The notes beneath the pieces were generated by a model, which was not told where the DNA came from, did not search any database, and saw only the letters and a program-made list of their open reading frames with translations. From Octopus vulgaris (lineage: Eukaryota): a stretch of DNA of 64,000 nucleotides. This document shows positions 50,777 to 64,000 of the stretch, one piece after another (within the stretch, counting starts at the first letter, position 1; each line of letters opens with the position of its first letter). Location: positions 40,362,001 through 40,426,000 of the forward strand of contig OX597822.1 of the NCBI GenBank assembly GCA_951406725.2. The letters are read 5' to 3'. The position numbers and the translations under genes were made by a program.

Positions 50777-51335
50777 ACAAAATGCCTTGTAATTGTTTCG
50801 GTTCTTCACGTTCTCTGACTCTGCCGAGGTTAAGTTCACATTTTATACTTCTGGGAACGATTAAATAAAGTACCAGTGATGCAGTGGGAGGTCTGTATGT
50901 TCGACTGATACCCCTCGTTAAATTTGTAGCTTTGTGCCTATGTTAAAATTTATTACTATAATGAGAACCTTCTCTGTTTATTGAAATTAAGTTCAAATTC
51001 AAGACATTTTAGTCACAATGCTGGTGTTTACTAATTTAAGATATGTTCTTCGGCAAGGCACACGATCAGACTTGCAAGAACTGGCCTCATAACTCCAATA
51101 ACAGATTTTATTATTATTATTAAGGCGCCGAGCTGGCAGAATCGTTAGCACGCCGGGCGAAATGCTTAGCAGTATTTCGTCCGTCTATATGTTCTGAGTT
51201 CAAATTCCGCCGAAGTCTACTTTGCCTTTCATCTTTTTGGGGTCGATAAATGAAGTATCAGTTGAGTACTGGAGTCGATGTAATCGACTTACTCCTCTCC
51301 CAAATTTTAGGCCTTGTGCCTTTAGTAGAAAGGAT
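50468..51335 (+). mobile_element. SINE family B cluster (three copies in (ATT)n tracts)
   Basis: Copies at ~50468, ~50775 and ~51121. Confidence 0.82.
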
Positions 51336-53722
51336 TATTATTATTATTATTATTATTATTATTTTCGAGATAGTTTAGTGAGCGATATACTGTTTGTGTG
51401 AGCATTCTGAACACTTGAAAATATCTTCCATATTGTAAAGCAAAAACAAAAATTCTGTAAACTGTCTCCTGAATAGCTGTATACATCCATACATAAATAT
51501 ATGTATATGATAAGATATAGATGCTTTATTTACTTGCAAATTTGTTTTTAAATGTTCATGTAGCATTAAATATGATTTTATATAGGATTACAGAAGCACA
51601 CACACAGGCATATGGTCGTACATGTGTTTTCATACATATGTATTTTCATACACACTTGTATAGTTACATACAGGCAAAAAATTAAGCATATACTTATATA
51701 TATTTCATATATATATATATATACATAGAAGCAGAATCACACACGTATTCAGAGAAACAAGGTATACTAAACCGAAATGATATAGCTACATATAATAAAT
51801 GCATACAGAAAAATGCAACTCTACATTTTCCTACATGTATGTACGTTAGTTTCTGAATGTATACGTCTAATTTTGGAGCATGCAATGTGTATGTTGGTTT
51901 GGCCTTGCATATCATCATATTATATATGGGTGTGCAGTACATATATCGTCATGTGTATATATGTGAATGCGCGTGTGTGTTCGTGCTTTGGTGTATGTAA
52001 GTGGGAGTGAATGAACACTAGTCTATATGTGAGCTAGTGTGTGGAGGCAAAACAATGTTTACGTAAAATCACGTGGCAATCCTCAATCACGTGACAATTC
52101 TAGAGTGCCAAATTCGATTTTTCACTGCCATACCGCGTCTGATGGGTTTTTATCGAATCTAATTTTGTGTATATTCACACACATAAACATACATACGCAC
52201 ACCTACACACGCACCGCGTCACATTCACACATATGTATATGTATGCATGTATATGTATAAAAGAAAACTATATATACATATATGTTAATGTGTAATATAT
52301 ACGTGTGTGCTTGCGTGTTTCTCTGTACATGTATATATCATATATGCATTTATATACATGCATATGTATGCATGTATATATATATGCATATGTATATATA
52401 TGCATGTGTAAATAAACGCACTACACACACATACACACACACACACACACGTATATGTAGATGCATGCAATCACAGATATATGCTTGTTTGTGTGTGTAT
52501 GTTTGTCTTTGCGTGTGAGTCTATGTATATATATTCGTATGTAACTGTTTTTTGGCGTATAAATATGAGAGTAGTGCGTACATATGTTGTATATAGCTAC
52601 ATGCATGGAGTATTCTCTGACCTGGGATGTATGTAATTGTAAATCCAGTGAGCATGTGTATATATATATATGGATATATATATATATATATATATATATA
52701 TCATATCTGTATATATATATATATCATATCTGTATATATATATATATATGTATTACGCTTGTATAATATATGTATGTATGTGTATATATATATATATAAC
52801 GCTTGTATAATATATGTATGTTATATATATATATACAGCCATATGCATGCTGCAAATAGGCCATCGTCTTTGATTTCACTTCATATCCGCCATACTGGAA
52901 ACTCTTAAGTTGATTCTCAATTTTTCTTTTGTCTTCATCATTTCTATTCTTTTGTGGTTTTCTTTCCTTTTATTTTACATAATAATTCCATTTAAAGTAT
53001 CGCAGAAAATTGAACAAGTGTATTTTATTCTGGTGAAATTTTATGCATGATTCTCTGAATTTTTTTCATATAATATTTTAATTTGTGTTTTTTTTTCTTG
53101 TTTTTAAAAAAAAAAATTTTGTTGTATATAAAAAGAAACCTTGATAATGTTATGCACAGAATCGACAATTTTGTCTCAGAAAGATTATATATATATTTCT
53201 TGCGTCTATCAGACCATAAGGACATTTTTGCCATATGAACGCCGCAACACATGCGTTTGTGCTAAATCTCAGCAGGTATTTTTTTCCTCAAATCAATTCG
53301 AATGGGAATGTATTTAGCAAATTATGCTCATTAAAATATCTCTCACTTTATATCAAAAATAGTTTGATAAATCTTATGAGGATTATATTTGAAAAATAAT
53401 CTATTAATACACCTATCATTTGCCAACAAATACATGCAGTTTCTTTCACAGAACAATTAAACCATTTTTGGTTGCCGTTCAAATGAAACAAATGCATATA
53501 GTGATTCAACATTCAGTAAAATATCTTTGTCATGGAGATAGAGAATTGATTGTGAAATATTCATGGGTTATTTCATTCAAACAAATGCTGACATTTTGAA
53601 TTATGGTAATCTTTTCATTATGTGGCGGGCATATTTTGGGCGAGCAGATGGCAACAAGAAATTGTCAAATAGATGATTTTTTTCTGAAGAGTAATTTCTA
53701 TGTAATATCATTTAAATATAAT

Positions 53723-53759
<37 letters not shown>

Positions 53760-55688
53760 CTTCTAATTGATAACGATTTTTTTTTCAAACATAAGCTTGT
53801 TAAATAAGCGCCGACGTGTATTTCAAAAAAACAGACGCTAGAAATAATCAGAAATAATATTGGTTTATAAATCTACAATAATATTGCTATGAGGAAATTC
53901 GTATGATTTTGTCAAACAGGCGCCACAAAATACTTTCTTATATATATTTTAAGTTTCACTGATTCATACAGTAAATTTGTCGGACATGTATACTGAACAA
54001 AGGTTAGTGGGAGATTTTTGTCATACAGGGGTTTGTCTGATTCATCTGATTTTTTTTTATAAGACATGCCTTTCTTATGTTGCTTTATTTTTATAGCTGT
54101 CGTTCCTTTGTCATTTTTAAATTTACTAATTTTTTAAATTTTGAAACATGAGAAATCATTTATTATTTTATATGATTTGTACAATAGCTTTCCCAGTTCT
54201 TTATTCTACGAAATCTGGTTATATATATATATATATATATTCAAATCTGCGTGTATATGAAACATGTGTGTATAATATATATATTCTACTTTTACGTGTA
54301 AGGGATAGGAGAAGCAGTGAAGTTGTAATATATATAAAATAATATATACAAAATAATACATATATAATAGATAGATTGACATACGTAGAGACATTAAATG
54401 GAATATCTCATTCGCAAACTGCAACTAGACAGACAGTCAACAGATAGACAGATATAACTGATTTGGAAACATATTGTAGATCTCGTCCGTTTATCTCCAT
54501 GAGATGAAAGGAGAAGAAATACGTGTATATACTTGTTGAACATGAGGTAAACAATAGTAAAATTGTAGACTTAAATTATATAGCACAGACTTTGAAACGA
54601 AAGCTGTCTTGCTGTAGTCTTTTTACAGACATGCATATTGATGTTATATAACCATATGCTGCACAAATCATGCATTATGCAAGGCAGTAGCCATTTTGTT
54701 TCATTTAGTTAGCGCTCTTAAAATACTTAACTTTAGTGTGCAGTCATTTCACATGATATGTCGTATTTATCTGAAAGTACTAATTAATAAGCACTAATTA
54801 TAATGTCAAGCATAATTGGTTTCGCAAGTTAAGTCACCATTTCATCGATTTAAGTTCAGTTAAAACAACAACATAATAACCAGATGCTTGTGGTGATATT
54901 ACATATATCATTTCCTTTATTCAAACTGTAGATTATGGGTTCCAGTTGAAACCATTTCCTCCGGTTATATAATGTATATTAGTGTGTGTGTTTGTGTGAA
55001 TGAATGAATGCATGTGCAGTCAAAGCGTATGTAAGTATGTCTGTTGCGCTGACGTCGTATCAGACGAGATATTTTTTGGTCATTATTATCGTTTGCAGAC
55101 TTCATTAAATTTCCAGAAATGGTTTCTCTGTTCCATTTAAAGATTTAATATAGGCAGTTTGTTTAAAAAGGTGGCCGTGTTCCTACAACTTTAATGCCAT
55201 CTCTGTGATTTGCTGTTAAATTTACCAAGCCATTTGACAGCATACATAATTAGAAATACTGACGAAATTAAAGATTAGGGTATGTGGTTCGTATACATAC
55301 TAGAAGTTAGGTATTTAGGCATATTTTATTGACCGAATATGTTTTTCCTCATATGAGCACGCATACACTCATACAGTCTTATATTATATATATATATATA
55401 TGCGCACTGAATTACGACCACTGAGAGAACTAATGTTACAAATGCTAATTTCACTAGCACAACCACTACTAGTAATATTTCCACCGCCACCAATTCTACT
55501 ACTATTACTACTACTCATTATTTTTATTTCTAATCATTACTATAATAAAGAGTTTAAACCTTTCTGTTGTTTATGTTTATTTTTTCTTTATTTTTCTTTC
55601 TTTATTTTTGTTATTATTGTTTTTATCGTTTTATAACAGAAATCACTACATTATTATTATTATTGTTATTATTATTATTATTATTATT

Positions 55689-55880
55689 AAGACGGTGAGC
55701 TGACAGAACGGTTAGCATGGCGAAGAAAATGCTTGGCTGCATTCGCATGTCTTTACGTTCGGAGTTCCAAATCCGCTGAGATCGACATTGTTTTTTATCC
55801 TTCGGGGTCAATAAAATAAGTACCTGGGGGTCGATGCAATCGATTTCTCTCTTCTATCGAAAACTGCTGGTCTCGTGCCA
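55689..55880 (+). mobile_element. SINE family B monomer
   Basis: Follows (ATT)n. Family B consensus. Confidence 0.8.
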
Positions 55881-56794
55881 TTTTTTCTTTGAGATCTTGT
55901 TTTTTATTTTATCTCTTCAGTTGGTCTTAATATTTTTCTGTTATTCTATTCGGCTTCTGTAGAATAAATTTAACTGGATTACTCGAAAACTAACTGTCGG
56001 GACTACATCAATTATTGAGAAATCATAAACATCACAACTTCCTCTTTTACACTGCCATTTGTCTTATGTTTCATCAAACTAGTTTCTAAAAATGTTATAA
56101 AATAAAGAAATTATATATTTTTCATAAGCAAAATAAGAATGAAAGAAAATAAGTTTATAGATAAAGATTCAATATGGCTGCTATATTTAATGTTATATCT
56201 CTCTCAAATTCAGCCGGAAGTTAGAACCGGAAATATGAATATATTCACAACACATAAAATGTGAAAGCAGAAATTCGAAATGCTACGTTGAGATGTTTTG
56301 ACTGATAATTGAAAAATACCTGATACTAACGCTTCTCTACAACTACTCACGCATATACGTGTGTGTGTATATATATAATATGACCTTCACCCTAGTCGCA
56401 AATATTAATCTGAAGTTTCTTCAAAGAAATGAATCTAGAATATATATATCTAGATACCAGAGGTGCAGTATAAAGCACAAAGGCCTGGATCAGTGGAGAT
56501 AAGTTCTAGGTTTCTATTTTCAGTTGAATACATTTCCCTCTGTGTTTCGTAAACTCAAGAAAATCATGTTTTTTTCATTTATTTATTAAACTTCTATTTG
56601 TTTTTTTTCATTGTTGAAATTGTTGTTATTGCTTGGTTCATGGTTGTTATTGCTGTATAGCTTCTCACAAATCCAGGTGTTCTTACACATACATATTACA
56701 TTCATACACATACACACTCACACACACATGTAAATATATATATACTGGCATATATATGTATATCCATATCATATATGTATACGCATATATTCAT

Positions 56795-56825
<31 letters not shown>

Positions 56826-57195
56826 CATGCATATCTATATCATATATGTATAAGCATATTTATATACACACTTACATACATCCATAACCATACACCCACT
56901 CACAAATACGTATTCACACACACATACACACATACATAAATTGACCCAACACTTTTAAACGACGAGAATACTTAAAAATCCAAGCTAAGAAATAAACGTA
57001 CGAAATTCAACAACATCAAAAAGTACAATAAAAAATACAACAACAAAAGTAATTATATCAGTAATTATCATAAGAAAAACTTTAAAAATCGCAATAACCT
57101 CAATTATAACCTAATTGATGCTTTCATTTCTCCTAATGGCGTCGTCTAAATTACACTTTTTTTTTATAGAATACTTCTTATAGTAAGTATTATTG

Positions 57196-57233
<38 letters not shown>

Positions 57234-57294
57234 GAAGTGGTTTTGGAGTGTCAAGAGTAATTGAGGAAACTTTGATGTACGATCGTGAATTGAC

Positions 57295-57426
57295 AGCTCA
57301 TTGAGGCCGACTTTGCCTTTTACTCTTCCGGGGTCAATAAAATAAGTACCAGTCAAGTACTGGGGTTAATCTGGCCGAGTATACTTCTGTCTACAAGATG
57401 TCTGGTCTTGTGCCTACATTACGAAA

Positions 57427-57472
<46 letters not shown>

Positions 57473-58500
57473 GGCGAGCAGGCAGAATCGTTAGCACGCT
57501 GGGCAAATTGCTTTGCGTTATTTCGTCCGTCTTCACGTTCTGAGTTCAAATTCCGCCGAGGTCGACTTTGCCTTTCATCCTTTCGGGGTCGATTAAATAA
57601 GTACCAGTTTCACTCTGGGGGTCGATGTAATTGACTTAATCCCTTCCCCAAATTTGAGACATTTTGCTACCAGTAGAAAGTGTTATTATTATTATTATTA
57701 TTAAGGTGAGCTGGCTGAATCGTTAGCACGCCGGACAAAATGCTTCGCAGCATTTTGTTCATCTTTACGTTCTGAGTTCGCAATCCGCCGACATCGACTT
57801 TGCCTTTCATCCTTTCAGGGGTCGATAAAATATGTACAAGTCGAGCGCTGGGTTCGATATAATTGATTAACTTATTCATTTAAAACATCAGGCATTGCAC
57901 CTATAGTAGAAAGGATCATTATTATTATCGTTATATTCTCATCTTCATCATTTGATTGCCTTTAAACATAAGCTGTGTTTCTGAATGTGAACTTCATTTC
58001 CCGGTTTGAGTCATTTCACTTCACATTCACTTATAAATACACTTTAGAAAGTGATGAACGTCATGTAATCTTTAAATTAGGAGCCTTGTGCCTAAGCGTA
58101 AATGTTTTATTATTATTATTATTATTATTATCAGGCAACGAGCTGGGAGAATCGTTTGCACATCGGACAAAATGCTTAGCGGCATTTATTCCGGCTTTAC
58201 ATTCTGAGATCACATTGCATCGATGTCGACTTTACTGATCATACTTTCAAACACGATGAAATAGAATACCAGTTAAGTACTGGGGTTGATGAAATCGACT
58301 TCCCTCTCCCCATAAAATCTGCTGCTCCTGTGCCAAAATTTGAAACCATTAATATTATTATTATTGTTATTATTATTATTAAAAGCGTTGAATGGGAAGA
58401 ATCAGTAGAGCGTTTAGCGAAAATGCCTTGTGTTTTTGTTACGTCTTCTAAATTCTGAGTTTAAATTCGGCCGAGGTCAACTTTGCAATCTTTTAGTGAT
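57295..58500 (+). mobile_element. SINE family B cluster (about five copies)
   Basis: Copies at ~57295, 57470, 57702, 58133 and 58381, separated by (ATT)n. Confidence 0.85.
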
Positions 58501-59418
58501 CGGTAAAATGCCAATCAATTGCAGAGAAAATGTCAGGTTTCCACCGATAAGGATTTCTGTCACATTCATGAGATTATAAACAATGGGATTTTTATGGTAG
58601 TGAAACTACCATCAGTTCGAAATTTTGCAGAAGAGCGAAAAATTTAACTTTCATCCATTTTTGAAGAAAAGGATCATTGCCAGAAGTACCAATCACTTGC
58701 CAAATTTTGGTAAGTCAGTGTGACCATTCACACCACATCCTCACATTAGAATTGTCTGCAACACATGCCTAAAAACAAATCGATAATAATAATAATAATA
58801 GAAAGCACAAAACCAAAAGAAATCATTACATAAGCCCAACGCACTAAGATCTGAGTTTGGGTTCAGTTGCGTTGTAAAGGCCCATTATAAACATAGACCT
58901 TTAAAAAGTAATAATAATAATAATAATAACGAGACTGCAATACAGAAATTTAGGGAATTTCAATAGCTCATTAATATTTTTCAATGATGAACCAAACTTC
59001 AGAAGTCCATACAGGACGATCGTGATATCAGCTGGGTGATATCAATTCATAATTATTTCCCCTTTGCATTTAAGAAAAAGATTCATTAAAATATAATATA
59101 TATATATGAATAAAAAAATTATCATAACTATACTTATACAAAATCAAAAATTAAACATAAAAAAAAGATATAAAAATGAAGTTAAAAAAATGGACTTTGC
59201 ATTATCTGTCGCGTGTTTTATGAACTTTCTTCATCTTTAAATGTATTTTTCTTCTATATTGTTCTAAAATAATCATGTTGTTGATCTTGTTGTTATTGTT
59301 GTTGTTCTCATGATTGTTGTTGCTATTGTTATTCTTGTTAGTTGAAAGTATTTTTAACTATTAACAAACCGTGTCAGTAACATGGTTTGATTATACATTT
59401 TTATCGATTATTTTTGAA

Positions 59419-59450
<32 letters not shown>

Positions 59451-59541
59451 CCATGCTAAGATTAACATCATCATGATCATTTATGTAAATAAGACAACTG
59501 CAATATTATTATTATTATTATTATTGTTGTTGTTGTTATTT

Positions 59542-59757
59542 AGGCAGCGAGCTGGCAGAATCGTTAGCACGCCGGGCATAGTGCTTAGCAGCATTTCGTC
59601 CGTCCCTACGTTCTGAGTTCAAATTTTGTCGAGGTTGACTATGCCTTTCATCCTTTCGGGGTCGATGAAATAAGTACCAGTTACGCGCTGGGGTCGGTGT
59701 AATCGATCATCCCCCTTCCCCCCAAATTTCAGGTCTTGTGCCTACAGTAGAAAAGAT
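59542..59757 (+). mobile_element. SINE family B monomer
   Basis: Family B consensus flanked by (ATT)n. Confidence 0.9.
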
Positions 59758-60309
59758 TATTATTATTATTATTTTCAACATCCTCATCAACAGCAGCAAC
59801 ATCTCTGTCATCGTTTTCATCTATAGGAAATTCAGATTATAGAAAGAAGTCTAATCTTCAATAATGTTTTTCTTCCACATTTCCCACCTTCCAATTCTGA
59901 CTGAATTTTATGATGATGATTATGATGGTGGTGATGAAAATGAGGGGCGATAATTGAAATAATGATGATGATGTTGATGATATATTTTTTTTTAATGTGT
60001 TTCTCTTATAATAGTTCTTTTTGTGACACTCAGACACTCAGATGAACACGAGCGTTCGAAAACATGAACACACACAACGTAACTTCAGATAAATACACCC
60101 ATATGAATATATTGAATCGTATTGTCAATTGGCCTTGGTTTGTTAAAAGTTAATGATAATAATGATGATGATAATCATACTAATAATAATAATTCTATGT
60201 GTGAAACAATAAAATGCCAAATTCAGTTGAACGTAGTTATATCAACAATGACATGTGGAATTTCAGTTATATAATCAGCTCGATATATATATACATACAT
60301 ATATATACA

Positions 60310-60347
<38 letters not shown>

Positions 60348-60502
60348 CACACACACATATTTATATATATATATATATATACATATACACACACACATAT
60401 TTTATATATATATATATATTATAAAATATGTATATAATATATTTATATACATATATATGCATTTTATATACAATATTTATATAATATAAATATATAGATA
60501 CA

Positions 60503-60540
<38 letters not shown>

Positions 60541-61019
60541 TATATATGAGCAAATAAGAATGAGATTTTACACCGTCTGTTATCTTTATATATTGAGTAC
60601 GTATTCCTTACGTATATGGGCTCATATGCAATACACAGAATGAGTAAGTTCTGGAAAGATCAGAACTACTTCAGAATTGCTAGATCGTAAAATTATCATT
60701 CCAGCATAGTGTCAAGTATTGAAGTTGTTGATATGAAGCGGCTCAGAATTTGGAATTTACTTTTAACAAAACCATAGTTAATTAATTTAATAAATAATTT
60801 ATAATAAATCAGTCAAATTTTAAACATGGTGTGTTTTTTTGTTTTGTGTATATGTATGCATACATACGTATGTGTTTCCGACAGTGTCTCTATGTTAGTG
60901 TGTGTAATAATCCACATGAAAATGGATATTTTGATAAAACAATATGGTTGTGTTTTGAAATCCGTATTGGATGTCCAAAAAAAATGAGCAAAGTATTTGA
61001 AAATTCAACTAATTCATAT

Positions 61020-61546
61020 GCAGCTATATATAAACATAAATTAATCTATATATTCAAATTGCATATATATATATTATGTATACATATATATATATATACA
61101 CACACACATACATATATATACATAATATATATATACATATATATATACATAGTATATACACATATATATGTATATACATACTTATATATATACATGCATA
61201 AATATATATACAAATATATATAGATGCATAAATATATATATATATTTACATGCATAAATATATATACATATATATTTACATGCATAAATATATATATATA
61301 CATACATAAATATATATACATATATATATACATACATAAATATATATACATATATATATACATACATAAATATATATACATATATATATACATACATAAA
61401 TATATATACATATATATACATACATATATACATACATAAGTATAAAAATGTACATATATATATATGTTCATATATAAATATATATATTCCCAAACATTTA
61501 TAACGTATGCATATATGTATACATATATTCCTTAACAATTTATAAC

Positions 61547-61590
<44 letters not shown>

Positions 61591-62012
61591 TAAAAACTAC
61601 ATATTTCTTTGAAAAAAGAGATAAGGCTATATAATTGATTAATTAACTTCTGGAAAAGTAAATATTTGGTAGTTTTTCTTCATCGTTTATCCTGTGGTCA
61701 TGTAGTTCAATGTTTAGTATACGTTTGTAACATATTTTTTTCCATCATAAACAGATAAATATTATCATGGTGTACGATACATGTGATATTGTGGTACATT
61801 TAATAAATATACAACTATAGAAAAAATTATTAAAAAAAAATTAGAGCTGTTAGCTGAGAAATTCCTTAAAGTTGAAATGCATAAATGTATAAAAATACAT
61901 TATATATATATATGTGTGTGTGTCTATATATTTATATATATGTACATATATCTTTGTATACATCTATGTCTATCTATATATAACTATATATATATATGTA
62001 TATATATATATA

Positions 62013-62054
<42 letters not shown>

Positions 62055-63287
62055 ATACATACATATATATATATAATATACCATGTGCATAATAATAATA
62101 AAGAGAATTATATAAATAAATACGAAACTGAGGTTGTGTGTTTTGAAATGTTAACTATTTTTCCCTTGTTATGATTTATTTCTCATCGAAATATTAAAAT
62201 CATTTCCTGTTTTATATTTTGAAATATCCTTTTTTTATTGAAATTAAATATTTTATTACACTGTAGCCGAATCGAAAATTCGAAAAAAAAAGAAGCGTAT
62301 AAAAGAAATAAAATAAAATAACATAAAATATTAAACAATATTTCAAACAAATATTTCCAATAAATATTTAAATATGTATGTGAAAAATCTATAAAAATCA
62401 AAATAACTCAAGTGAAATTGCATGAAAATGTATAACATTCATTAAAAAGTCTGTAAAATGTTTTTATTTTTAAATTTATATTCTTTTTTATGTTTTAAGA
62501 GAGGCGAGAAATATATAGTAATATCAAGTCAATTACTGGAATGAATATTTTGTATCGTATATTCCTGTTTTTTAAAAAAACAAAAATTTCATTTTATTTT
62601 ACAACACTCAATATTGGTAAATATATTTATAGGATTCCTGCTTAGTAATCATACATTACAACATACATACATATATACATACATACATGTATACATATAC
62701 ATGTATACATATATACATGTATACATATACATATATATACATATATGTATATGTATACATGTATGTATGTATATATGTGTATGTATACATGTATGTATAT
62801 ATGTATATGTATACATATATGTATGTATATATACATGTATATGTATACATATATGTATGTATATATACATGTATATATATACATATATGTATGTATATAT
62901 ACATGTATATATATACATGTATGTATGTATATGTATATATACATGTATGTATATGTATACATGCATGTATGTATATATGTATATGTACACATGTATGTAT
63001 GTATATCTATACATATATGTATGTGTATACGTATATGTATGTGTGTATACATTTATATGCCTATATACATATATATATATACAGCTGCATATATATGCGT
63101 ATGTGTATGTTGGAATACGTATGTATTTTGAAATAAATGTTATTTTCATATACAATTTATTTCAAAGCACTTACGTTGACATTAACAATGGATATATATA
63201 TATATTTATATACATATATTAGTATGTATATTAATGGATGCATGTGTGCATATATAAAACATGTAGTGCACACTGATCTATCCTCAA

Positions 63288-63318
<31 letters not shown>

Positions 63319-63645
63319 GCATATCGATATAAAGATATATATATATATTCATGTGCATATACATATGTACGATTTTATTTATATGTCATTACATAATACA
63401 TATATAGATGCACAGTCACAAACACACAGACGCACACATCTACATACATGCATGCAAACATTATTTATATATGTATATGTAATATATATATATATATATA
63501 CATGTATATTTATACATACATATGTATGTATATATATGTAAATTTATACATATATACATACAAATATGTATGTATATATATGTGTGTGTGTATATTTATA
63601 CATATATACTTGCATATATATATACATATATATACATATATATTC
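61020..63645. repeat. Compound (TA)/(CA)/(TG) microsatellite fields, including a 30-bp tandem unit at 61281-61400
   Basis: catacataaatatatatacatatatatata about x4. Long atgtatac/atacat mosaics at 62660-63100. Confidence 0.9.
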
Positions 63646-64000
63646 CAAAGTAATAAAAAAAGTGTTTTATGTTCATATAAAATATTTTCTTTGTACCAAT
63701 CTATTAAAGTACAAAAAGGAGAAAAAATATAATTTTTGTCGTATATTTTTCTTTTTCAAAATCTTAGATCAATAAATAAATATACAAAACGTTTAGTGGC
63801 AATCTGTTCTGTTTGATGTTGTAGTCTTAATGAACCTAATTACTTTGACTCATTCATATGCAAATCACTTCCATATACACTCAGTCAGTTGGCACATATA
63901 CACTCACGAATATATATACATATATATCCATTTTTTCCACTTTACCTCCAGTGGAGCAATGTTTTGTGAAAATGGAATTTGCTAGCCGGAAACTGAAGAA

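Noticed and set aside
60035-60070. Hammerhead-like cagatga...cgaaa
   Set aside because: Core mismatch, and no stem I or stem III.
60214-63775. Many [12 protein letters not shown] ORFs up to 202 aa
   Set aside because: Dinucleotide microsatellites lack stop codons. Not coding.

Overview
AT-rich, microsatellite-saturated animal genomic DNA. The repeat landscape suggests an octopus or other coleoid cephalopod; this is an inference, not a search result. The only host gene I can support is the 3' two-thirds of a + strand SLC1A/EAAT-type Na+-coupled glutamate/aspartate transporter. Six GT-AG exons (11664-11784, 14459-14639, 29575-29808, 39078-39272, 42237-42371, 49251-49437) splice in frame to 350 aa plus stop, carrying the [18 protein letters not shown] and DRFRT motifs and ending in a PDZ-type -TAV. 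The N-terminal exons lie upstream of the window. Almost all other listed ORFs are microsatellite or repeat artefacts. Introns and flanks hold at least three tRNA-derived SINE families, RTE and L1/Tx1 LINE remnants, Tc1/mariner deletion derivatives, and Helitron/Helentron-type elements. The most striking unannotated signal is a dispersed set of short, microsatellite-flanked foldback (palindromic) elements carrying minimal type I hammerhead-ribozyme motifs (CUGAnGA...GAAAC-palindrome-GUH, often followed by AATAAA), as in Penelope-like/retrozyme termini. The two best-preserved hammerheads (23684-23779, 46757-46831) are antisense to the transporter pre-mRNA, while every sense copy I found is damaged. 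The dominant SINE family is also exclusively sense-oriented from about 14.6 to 59.8 kb.
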